Assembly: GCA_031370785.1 (NCBI GenBank)
Contig: JANMQY010000072.1
Location: 1-19,488 of the forward strand
DNA from: Candidatus Eiseniibacteriota bacterium
Lineage (GTDB): Bacteria > Eisenbacteria > RBG-16-71-46
Length of the DNA: 19,488 nucleotides
Reading direction: 5' to 3'
A program made the position numbers and the translations under genes. The notes beneath the pieces were generated by a model. The model worked only from the letters and a program-made list of their open reading frames with translations. It was not told the DNA's origin and did not search any database. Shown one piece after another: positions 1-8,200 of this stretch. How positions within the stretch are numbered: the stretch's first letter is position 1; every line of letters starts with the position of its first letter.

Positions 1-366
1 GATCGGATGCGGCTGCGGTGCCGGGCGCACAACCAGTACACGGCCGACTGCACGTTCGGCGCCGGGTTCATGCATGAAAAGCGGCAGGAGGCTCGGCGCG
101 TGGCGGCGGCTCGGAAGGAGGCGCTGGCTCAGAAGGAGCAGGCGCAGTCTGAAGCTGCGGCGAAGGCGCGAGCGCAGGCCGCTGCGATAGCAGCGAGCGA
201 TCTCATTCCCTGGCTTCGCGGGCTCCGGTTCAGCGCCGAGGAAGCCCGCCAAGGGGCGGCGCTCTGCGCGCACATCCCGGACGCTCCGCTCGAGGAGCGC
301 GTGCGTGTCGCGCTGCGAGGCCTCGCTCCGAACTGCGTGCGACGACCCGCGCCCGTGACTTCATGA
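1..366 (+). CDS. C-terminal part of an HNH endonuclease-domain protein (5'-truncated by the window edge), ending in a short helical RuvA-C-like domain
   Basis: The frame is open from base 1 (DRMRLRCRAHNQY...) to TGA at 364-366. RLRCRAHNQY..FGAGFM matches the distal C-x-x-H-N half of HNH motifs, followed by a charged Ala-rich helix and DLIPWLRGLRFSAEEARQGA. The ORF-track ATG at 7 is probably internal. Confidence 0.6.
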   Translation, partial: DRMRLRCRAHNQYTADCTFGAGFMHEKRQEARRVAAARKEALAQKEQAQSEAAAKARAQAAAIAASDLIPWLRGLRFSAEEARQGAALCAHIPDAPLEERVRVALRGLAPNCVRRPAPVTS

Positions 367-396
367 CGGCGCGGGCACATCAGTGGGCCCGCCGTC
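365..396. terminator. Imperfect GC-rich hairpin between convergent genes (possible terminator)
   Basis: GACGGC (365-370) pairs with GCCGTC (391-396), and GGGC (373-376) with GCCC (387-390). It lies between the stops at 366 (+) and 400 (-). No U-tract. Confidence 0.3.
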
Positions 397-399
397 GCC

Positions 400-942
400 T
401 CATTGCGGCGGCGGCCTGCGGTAGATCGTGCGCCACCCGTGGCCCGAGAAGATCGCCGCGCCAACGAACGGCGCCGCGACTGCTACACCGATCCCGGTCG
501 CGATAGCCTGGAGGGCGGTCTTCCCGTCATCGGTTCCGAAGCTGTCGAGCACCACGCTGCTGCCGATCAGAAGGCCGGCCGCCAATCCAATCAGCGCGCC
601 CCGCGTGACTCTCGACCGTCCGGATTGGATCTCCGAGATCTCGCTCCATGGAATCGGAGGCCGGACGTTCGCGGGCGGCGTGCCTGCGGCAAGGATGAGC
701 GCGGGACGGCCCTCTGGCCTGGCCCAGTCTGCTGAGCTCACGCCGGTCGAATCGACCAGAGGGTGTTTGATCTCGAGCGTTCCAAACGCGCCGATCAGCT
801 TCGCCATCCGCGGCGGCGAGAGCTGCGTGCGCAGCTCCGCGAGCTGCGCGGCGTCCGGAACCGAGTCCGGCGCGGCATCAGCGGCAGTTGCGAGTGCCGC
901 GGCCGCCAGGCCGGCGATCACCGCGAGTACGCTGCACAGCAT
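400..942 (-). CDS. Hypothetical exported/membrane protein, 180 aa
   Basis: GAGAGG lies just upstream of the ATG. Hydrophobic Ala-rich N-terminus resembling a signal peptide. Two C-terminal Gly-rich hydrophobic segments (GALIGLAAGLLIG; IATGIGVAVAAPFVGAAIF) followed by W-x-x-I-Y. Confidence 0.7.
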   Translation of the reverse strand: MLCSVLAVIAGLAAAALATAADAAPDSVPDAAQLAELRTQLSPPRMAKLIGAFGTLEIKHPLVDSTGVSSADWARPEGRPALILAAGTPPANVRPPIPWSEISEIQSGRSRVTRGALIGLAAGLLIGSSVVLDSFGTDDGKTALQAIATGIGVAVAAPFVGAAIFSGHGWRTIYRRPPPQ

Positions 943-1185
943 GCGGCCTCTCTGGGATTCGTCGACGCCCGGGCGCGCCTACCACGATCGAGTGGAATCC
1001 GCGCGCTCGGAGTCCGTGGTCAGCGCATGAGAAGGAGTCCCGCTCACGTAGCACGGCTCCCAGGTCAGGGCCGTCCCGCCGAACAGGCTGCCGAGCGTGC
1101 TGCCGGCGACCGTGAACGGTGCTGGGACGACGAGGGCGACTCAGCGCGGCCAGCGCTCCGCGGCTCACGCCGCCCGGCTGTCCGC

Positions 1186-2688
1186 TCAGAGCCACCGGGA
1201 GATGACGACCTTCTTGTCGGTGTAGAACTCGATCGCATCGCGTCCGTGGGCCTTGAGATCGCCGAAGAACGAGTTCTTCGCGCCTCCGAACGGGAAGAAC
1301 GCCATCGGCGCCGCGACCCCAATGTTGACGCCGAGCATGCTCGGCTCGACGCGATAGCGGTACTCGCGCGCCCACTTGCCGCTCGAGGTGAAGATGCTGG
1401 TCGCGTTGCCCAGCTCGTGCTTGCGCACGATCTCGACCGCTTCGTCGAAGTCCCTGGCCTTCATCAGGCACAGCACCGGGCCGAAGATTTCCTCGTGGCC
1501 GACGATCATCTCGGGCTTCACGTTGTCGAAGATGCTGGGCCCCAGGAAGTAGCCTTCCGGGTGCTTCGGGTCGGCGAAGCCGCGTCCGTCGAGCAGCAGC
1601 GTCGCGCCTTCGGCGAGGCCCTTTTCGATATAACCCAGCACCTTCTCGCGGTGCTGCTTCGTGATCACGGGGCCCATGGTGACGCCGGGCTCCATGCCGT
1701 CGCCGACTTTCAGCTTCTTCGCCTCGGCGACCAGCTTGTCGCGGATCTTGTCGTAGGCGTCGCCCACCGCCAGCACCACGCTGTTCGCGAGGCAGCGCTC
1801 GCCGGCGCAGCCGAAGCACGATTCGGTCGAGATCGCGGCCGCGCGCTGCATGTCGGCATCCGGCATCACGACCACGAAGTTCTTGGCGCCGCCCAGCGCC
1901 TGCACGCGCTTGCCCTTCTCCGCGCCGCGCTTGTAGACGTAGTGCGCGACCGGGGTCGAGCCCACGAACGAGACTCCGCTGATGCCGGGGTGGTCGAGAA
2001 TGGCGTCGACCGCATCCTTCGCGCCGTGCACCAGGTTCACCACGCCTTCGGGGAAGCCGGCGTCGTGCATCAGCTCGAACATGCGCACCTGCGACATCGG
2101 CACGCGCTCGCTGGGCTTGACGATGAATGTGTTGCCGCACGCGACCGCATGCGGCAGGAACCAGAACGGCACCATCGCCGGAAAGTTGAACGGCGTGATC
2201 GCCGCGAAGACTCCGAGCGGCTGGCGTACGGTGTGACAGTCGATGCCGGCCGCGATGTCCTCGAGCGAGGTGCCCATCATGCGGTCGGGAGTGCCAACCG
2301 CGAGATCGACGTTGTCGATCGCGCGGCGCACGCTGCTGCGCGACTCATCCAGCGTCTTGCCGTGCTCGCGCGTGACCACGCGCGCGATGTCTTCGGCATG
2401 TTCTTCGAGGAGATTTTTGAGCTTGAACAGCGGCTTGACCCGGTTCACCACCGGAGTCTGGCGCCATGCCGGATAGGCGCTGGCCGCGGCCTGCACCGCC
2501 TGAGCCACGTCGGCCGCGCCACCGAGCGGCACGCGCGCCAGCAGCTCGTCGTTCACGGGATTGCGCACCTCGCCGAAGCGGGTGGCGGCGGAGGCGACCC
2601 AGCGGCCCCCGATGTAGTTCTGAAGAGTCCTGGCCGTCGTCTCGGTCTTCTGACCGTTGACGACCGCCTGTTCACGGGGCACCGACAT
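1186..2688 (-). CDS. mmsA: CoA-acylating (methyl)malonate-semialdehyde dehydrogenase
   Basis: ALDH motifs of the MMSDH subtype: ITPFNFPAMVP, KPSERVP, SFVGSTPVA, RVQALGGAKN, FGCAGERCLA (catalytic Cys), EEIFGPV, GVNIGVAAPMAFFPFGG, FFGDL. Strong SD AAGGAGG at 2697-2703. Confidence 0.93.
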   Translation of the reverse strand: MSVPREQAVVNGQKTETTARTLQNYIGGRWVASAATRFGEVRNPVNDELLARVPLGGAADVAQAVQAAASAYPAWRQTPVVNRVKPLFKLKNLLEEHAEDIARVVTREHGKTLDESRSSVRRAIDNVDLAVGTPDRMMGTSLEDIAAGIDCHTVRQPLGVFAAITPFNFPAMVPFWFLPHAVACGNTFIVKPSERVPMSQVRMFELMHDAGFPEGVVNLVHGAKDAVDAILDHPGISGVSFVGSTPVAHYVYKRGAEKGKRVQALGGAKNFVVVMPDADMQRAAAISTESCFGCAGERCLANSVVLAVGDAYDKIRDKLVAEAKKLKVGDGMEPGVTMGPVITKQHREKVLGYIEKGLAEGATLLLDGRGFADPKHPEGYFLGPSIFDNVKPEMIVGHEEIFGPVLCLMKARDFDEAVEIVRKHELGNATSIFTSSGKWAREYRYRVEPSMLGVNIGVAAPMAFFPFGGAKNSFFGDLKAHGRDAIEFYTDKKVVISRWL

Positions 2689-2968
2689 GGAAACTGCCTC
2701 CTTCGCATAGCGTCAGCCGGCAAAGTCGGGGCTCACGGGCACCGTGTCTTCCGGCAGTTCAGGGCAACTGCCGAGCGTGGCGGGCGGGCAGCGCGCGCGC
2801 TGCTTTCGGGCGCCGAATGGGTGGCGATGAAGGGCCCGCGACGAGCGGGACCAGCATACAACGGTGGGAAGGCGACCGGGCGGGGAAAGTTGACATCCCA
2901 AGGGCCGGGAGAGGGTCCCGGCCGGCGCCGAGAAATTCTGTGACGCCGGCGGAATCATTTCGTTTGCT

Positions 2969-3031
2969 CGGCGCGTGGCGCCGGGGCTCTACTTCGCGGC
3001 GCTCGAGTGGAACGGAAGCCTGCTGATACGC
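2969..3031 (+). pseudogene. Orphan remnant encoding the end of a FlgD-Ig/T9SS-like C-terminal domain (RRVAPGLYFAALEWNGSLLIR)
   Basis: The peptide aligns with the tails of the two neighbouring minus-strand proteins (APVAVGIYFARLEWAGSRLER; GRRVAPGLYLIRAE). 2975-3016 matches the reverse complement of 3195-3236 at 31/42 nt. No upstream domain body. Confidence 0.55.
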
Positions 3032-3048
3032 GGCAGGCGCCCGACCTG

Positions 3049-3137
3049 CGACTGTCCCCGGGGACAGTTGAGGCGGCGGGCGTACAACTCGCTCCAGAGC
3101 GAGTTGAGCGACAACTGGGTCTGGACCCAGTTGTCGC
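3049..3137. repeat. Cluster of three related 22-bp palindromes (REP-like), consensus CRACT-NNN-YC-NN-GR-NNN-AGTTG
   Basis: 3049-3070 CGACTGTCCC-CG-GGGACAGTTG; 3085-3106 CAACTCGCTC-CA-GAGCGAGTTG; 3112-3133 CAACTGGGTC-TG-GACCCAGTTG, whose arms extend to 14 bp (3108-3137). Confidence 0.85.
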
Positions 3138-3158
3138 ATCCGCCCCGCAGCTGCTGGA

Positions 3159-5228
3159 CTAGCGGACCACCGCGACCTTGCGCTCGAGTCTCGATCCCGC
3201 CCACTCCAGCCGCGCGAAGTAGATCCCGACGGCCACCGGAGCGCCGTCTTCCCCGCGCGTGTCCCACGTCACCTGGTGCTGGCCCGCTCCGAGTGGACCA
3301 TCGATGAGCGTTCGCACCCGTCGCCCATCCGTCCCGAACACCGTGAGGCGCACGTTCGAGCCGCCCTGCCCTGCGGCGGGCAGAGTGAACGCGAAGCGTG
3401 CGTTTGTCATCGCCGGGTTGGGAAGCGGAGGAGCGAAGGCAAAGCTCGCGCCCTCTCCGGCCTCGACGCCCGCCGTGTTGCGCACGCGCAGCAGGCCACC
3501 GGCGAGCAATGGAATCGGAAGGCCTTCGTTGAACAGCACTCCGGTGAGCGACAGCGGAATGTCGGTGCCGCTCGGTGTCGAGGGATCGGTCGTCACGTCC
3601 ACGTACCCGAGCACGCCGCCACCGCCGGTGAGTGATGCGCCGTTGGCGGCGGCCACGAACACGCTGCTCGCGCCCTGATTGAAGGTCGGGGTGGCCCAGG
3701 CGGACAGCAGGCCACTGCGAACCGGAATCGCCGACGATACGTACGAGTACGACCAGTTGAAGCGATATTCCATAGCCCGGATGTTGAGCGGAGTGAGACT
3801 GCGATCCACGTTGAGCGGAATGTGCGCGGTGCTGCCCGAGTTGGCGGTCACGGTGCCGATCGAGAGCGCGAAGTCGTAGACCGTGATGTCGCCGCTGAGC
3901 GCCACGCCGCCCACGTTGTCCACCGCCTTCACCTTGGTCACGCCACCCCCCATCGCGGTCAGTAAACCCGACGACGGGTTGATCGTCGCGACCGCCGTAT
4001 TGAGCGTGCTCCAGGTCAGCGGCAGCACCGGGCTGCCGGATGTGGTGAATGCCTGTGTCTGCCCCGCGAGCAGCGTGACGCTGTTGGGACTCACGCTGAA
4101 CGCATTCGGCGAGGTCACGTTCACGCTGCCGTTCGTGCGCAGCGCAGGCATCGTCTCGTTGAAGAGCGCGGTGCCGAGCGAGAGCCCGATGAAGGCGGCA
4201 TTGACGGGACTGGCGGTGAAGTTCAGGTAGAACAGCGTTCCCGCTCCGGACAGATCGGTCGTGCCCGCGAAGTCCACGGTCACGGTCGTATAGGGCCCGG
4301 AGTCGAGCGTGCCGTAGGCCATCGATCCGTAACCGTTGAGCAGCGTCCCCGCCTGGCGCGTGACCGAGGTGAGCGTGAGGTAGTCGTGGTTCCAGGTGAC
4401 CTGCATCTCGCCCGATCGAACGCCACCACCGGTCAGGCTCGTCGTCGTGACCGGAATGCTGACGGCCTGTCCGAGAAAGGCGCTGCCGGTGCCGACCGTC
4501 ACCGCGGCGACACGAATCAGGATGTCGCCGTCAGACTGGTCGGTGTGCCCCCCGTTGTCGGCCGCATTCACCCGCACCGCGCCGGGCGCCGCCCCGGTCA
4601 GTAGTCCCGTGGAGCTGATCGTGGCGATCGCATTGTCGGTCGTGCTCCACGCCACCGGATTCACCACGCTGCCGGACGCCGTGAACTGAAGCGTCTGCCC
4701 GCGCGCGATCTCCGCCGTGTTGGGAGAGACGAAGATCTGCGGCGTCTGATTGACCGTGATCGAGCCGCTCACCAGCGATGCGGTGGGCGTGCCTTCGTTG
4801 AACATGAAGTTCGCGAGGGTCAGTCCCGTGTAGTTGCCATTCAACCACGCGGGATCGATCAGAAACGTGACGTTGAGCAGAGTGCCGGCGCCGGTGAGCG
4901 CGTTCGCGCCCCCACCTGCAATCCGGATCCTGCCGCTGGTCACTGAAATGGTCGGAGTGCCCCAGCCGGCCGAGCCGGTGAGCGTCGCGGCGGTCGTGAC
5001 ACCCGTCGCAGTGACCACGCTGGCGTTGTAGAAGAGATCGAACTCGTACGAACGGACGTTGAGACCTGTGAGATCGGATGCAGTGAGCGCTACGGTCACG
5101 GACTGCCCTGCGAGACCGCTGGCGGTCCCGCAGGTGACGGTCGCCGCGGCGAGAGGCCCGGCGGCAGCCAACCCGCCGAGCATCAGCGCCAGCGCAACCA
5201 GCCGGCCGGCCCATCGATGAGGACGCAT
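3159..5228 (-). CDS. Secreted scaffoldin-like protein: signal peptide - cohesin - Big_2 - cohesin - Big_2 - cohesin - FlgD-Ig/T9SS-like C-terminal domain (~689 aa)
   Basis: ATG at 5228 with AAGGA SD is preferred over TTG at 5258. Signal peptide MRPHRWAGRLVALALMLGGLAAAGPLAAA. Three cohesin-pattern domains (G-Q/S-x-V/A-x-V/I...S-x-E-x-x-x-x-Y/W-N...L-x-G-x-G-x-L-x-x-x-x-F...FNE) at ~4750-5141, ~4116-4509 and ~3483-3873. Two Big_2 repeats (VSPN...GQT-x-x-FT-x-SGS...WST...ATI...GLLT). C-terminal PNP...GRRVRTL...GQHQVTWD...GIYFARLE...KVAVVR. Confidence 0.85.
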   Translation of the reverse strand: MRPHRWAGRLVALALMLGGLAAAGPLAAATVTCGTASGLAGQSVTVALTASDLTGLNVRSYEFDLFYNASVVTATGVTTAATLTGSAGWGTPTISVTSGRIRIAGGGANALTGAGTLLNVTFLIDPAWLNGNYTGLTLANFMFNEGTPTASLVSGSITVNQTPQIFVSPNTAEIARGQTLQFTASGSVVNPVAWSTTDNAIATISSTGLLTGAAPGAVRVNAADNGGHTDQSDGDILIRVAAVTVGTGSAFLGQAVSIPVTTTSLTGGGVRSGEMQVTWNHDYLTLTSVTRQAGTLLNGYGSMAYGTLDSGPYTTVTVDFAGTTDLSGAGTLFYLNFTASPVNAAFIGLSLGTALFNETMPALRTNGSVNVTSPNAFSVSPNSVTLLAGQTQAFTTSGSPVLPLTWSTLNTAVATINPSSGLLTAMGGGVTKVKAVDNVGGVALSGDITVYDFALSIGTVTANSGSTAHIPLNVDRSLTPLNIRAMEYRFNWSYSYVSSAIPVRSGLLSAWATPTFNQGASSVFVAAANGASLTGGGGVLGYVDVTTDPSTPSGTDIPLSLTGVLFNEGLPIPLLAGGLLRVRNTAGVEAGEGASFAFAPPLPNPAMTNARFAFTLPAAGQGGSNVRLTVFGTDGRRVRTLIDGPLGAGQHQVTWDTRGEDGAPVAVGIYFARLEWAGSRLERKVAVVR

Positions 5229-5254
5229 GGTGCGTTCCTTTCTGGCCGGCGCCG

Positions 5255-8200
5255 TCAACGAATCACGATGATGCGATGGACAATGCGGAATCTGCTGGTC
5301 TCGGCTCGAATCAGGTAGAGGCCGGGCGCCACTCGGCGTCCGCTCTCATCGCTCAGGTCCCAGGTCATGGCATGCACGCCGGCGTCGAGCGAGCCGTCAT
5401 GCACGATGCGAACGAGGCGGCCCGCCAGGTCGTGCACCCGGATGCTCGCGCGCGCGCCGGCTTCGGTCGAGCTGATGCCGAAGCGCAGGTTGACCGATGC
5501 GCCGGCCGGGTTCGGCCACGGGGCGGCGAAGAACGCGACGCCCGGAATCGTCGGGGTCGGGGTCGGGACCGGCGCGGTGACCGGGATGATCTCGCGATTC
5601 ACGCGCGCCCACGAAACCGTCGGCGCCTCCCATGCGCCCTCATCGGTCGCGGGGAACGAGAACGACGCGATCTCGCCTTCGGCAATCGGCGTCGCCGACG
5701 CCAGCGCCAGCTTCGCGGTGCTGGAAGGCGTGCCGTGTGCTTCCATCGCGTCTAGCGGCACGGTCACGCCCGAGAGCGCCTGCGCGTTCGGGCCGCTCAG
5801 CTCGATCTCGGCGCCAAAGATGGGCGCGGATCCGCTGGCGATGATCGGCAGCTCCCAGTGATCGCCCACGCGGCGCGGCTCACTGGCGCGAAGCTGGAAC
5901 GTTCCATCCATGCGACGCGACGCCGCCTGAGCGATTGCGAAGTCGCCCGGCGACACCGGATGCGCTCCGGTCTGGTTGGCCGGCAACGCCGGGATCAGGC
6001 CGGCGACGAACTGAAGGATGAGCGAGGCGTCGGCGTTGTCGATCGCCCCGCTGTTGTCGACGTTGGCGACCAGCTTCTGCATGGCGGTCAGCGCGATGCT
6101 CGGCACCAGGTACTGCAGGACGAGCGAGGCGTCGTACGCGTGGACCGAACCATTCAGGCTGACATCGCCGAGCAGCGGATTCAGCAGGCCCGAGGTCGCG
6201 AAGCTCGCGTAGTTCACGTTCTGAGTGACCCCATCCCCGGTTCCGGCGTTGCTGGCAGAGCCGCACAGATCCGCCGCGGCGTTCGCGTCATTGGGACCGC
6301 TCGCCGCGCCCCACCAATTCCCGGTGGCGTCGACACAGAACGAGCCACCCGTGTTGGCGACCGCATTGAGGTAGTTGCCATAGAGACTGTTGCCGTGGAT
6401 GGTCGGGTTGCTCGCGCCCTCGACCGAAACGCCCTGGTAGTTGTAGGCGATGAGCGACGAGTCGATGCTTGGCGCCGAGTTGACGCAGCGCAGCGCGTTC
6501 GAGCCGTAGCGGATCACGCAGTTGCGGAACCGAACCTGCGGATCGATCGCGGTCCCTTCGATGATGATCGACTGCCAGTCGCTCTGATTGGGCGCCTGAT
6601 TGGAAGGATTGGCCCACGTTCTCCCGCCGTAGAAGTCGTCGCGGTACGACGTGAACACGATCAGGCTGTCGGGATGCGTGCGCCCCTCGGCGACGAACGC
6701 CCGGTTCACGTCGATATAGCCGCCCTGCAGCTTCACGATGAGCCCGGGTTGCAGGGTCATGGTGCTGCCCAGCCCGACGCCGATGGTGCCGTCGACGAAG
6801 TACGGCATGTTCAGCCGACCCGAGACGCTGCGAATCTTCCACAGAAGGTCCTGGGCGATGGTCTCGCTGATGATACCGAGCGCCTTGTAGGTGCAGTTGA
6901 CGAAGTTGACGTTCGTGAACGTCGGGTTGCTCACCAGCGACATCCGGACCGGCACCGTGCAGGTGTCGATGTTCACGTTGGTGAAGGTGGGGGCGGCATT
7001 GCCCTCGGCCGAAACGCCGACCGAGCACAGGTAGAAGGTGCTGTTGGTCACGTTGGTATTGCTGCTCATGCACCTCAATGCGGCCCAACCGGAAAAGCCG
7101 CCGAAGCGGAACCGACAGTTATTGACCACCGTGGCCGCCGAATTGCTCACACCGCTGAAGATGATCGCCGACCAGTTGTCCATGGCGGGCACCGAGGCAG
7201 CACCGTCGCCGCGCGAATCGCCGGCGAACGCGTCATCGGCGGAGGATGTGAAGACGATCAGGCTGTCGGTTTTCCCATTGGCGACCAGGGCACCATCGAT
7301 GGTGATGGCGTTTCCGAAGTTCTCGTAATAGACCCGCCCCATCTTGATCACCGTGCCTGGCGCGATGGTCCACGTGGCGCCGAACGCGATCGAGATATTG
7401 CCGGTCGGGATGTAGGCCATCCCGTTCAGGATGCCGGAGCCGAGCACGCGCGGATACGTGCGCACGTCCTGCCCGATCGTCTCGCCGAGCAGTCCCAGCG
7501 CGGTCCAGGTGTTGTTCGCGAACGTCATGTGCGCAAACGTGGGGTCGCTGATGAGCGACATGATGATCGGCAGGTAGGTGCAGTTGAGGATGGTCAGCGA
7601 GTCGCAGTTCGGCTTCGAGTTGCCGTTGCAGGTGAGCGCGGTTCCGTTCTGGAAGAATTCCAGCGCCGCGAGCTTGGGGCTGGAGCTCACGGTGGTGATG
7701 ACACCATTCACCGCGTTCGAGCCGAACTGGAACAGCAGGTTCCTCAGCAGGCACTGGGCGTCGACGGATGTGTCTTCGAAAATGATGCTGCCCCAGTTGC
7801 CGACGCCCGGGGTGCTGGCCGAGCCGTTCGCGTTGGTGTCCCCGTCCCACGCATCATCGGATATCGACGTGACCACGATCCGGTTCGTGCCGGTGCCCCC
7901 GACTACGTTTACCGCACCGTACACGTCGAACAGCGTGAAGCTGCTGGCGGGCTTGATCACCACCTGCGGCTGGATCGACAGCGTCACTCCGCTCGGAACC
8001 GTGATCTGGCCGGTCGGCACGTAAGCGAAGACCGTGGTCTGGTTGGGCGCCGGGAAGGTGACGGTCGGACGGTATTTGAGCACGGCGTTCTGTGACAGCG
8101 TCTCGGTCACCAGCGCGATCCCATTCGTGCCGTTGGTCAGGAAGATATTGCCGGTCATGGTCGGATCGGCCTGTACCGACATGAGGATGGGCGCCGACTG

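Noticed and set aside
2890..2895. Perfect TTGACA on the + strand upstream of the tail remnant
   Set aside because: No -10-like hexamer at 16-18 nt spacing (GGGTCC at 17 nt).
763..2943. 726-aa + strand ORF
   Set aside because: Antisense shadow of mmsA. Arg/His/Ala-rich with no motifs, typical of high-GC codon bias.
3049..3137. CRISPR array or integron attC interpretation of the palindromes
   Set aside because: The units differ internally and the spacers are only 14 and 5 nt. They are too short for attC, lack a proper RYYYAAC partner, and no cas or integrase gene is present.
2975..3236. Possible DGR template/variable repeat pair with downstream hairpins
   Set aside because: Mismatches are not adenine-specific, identity is low (31/42), and there is no reverse transcriptase in the window.
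5858..8095. 745-aa + strand ORF and other ORFs overlapping the 1591-aa gene
   Set aside because: Antisense or off-frame shadows of a gene with clear domain structure.
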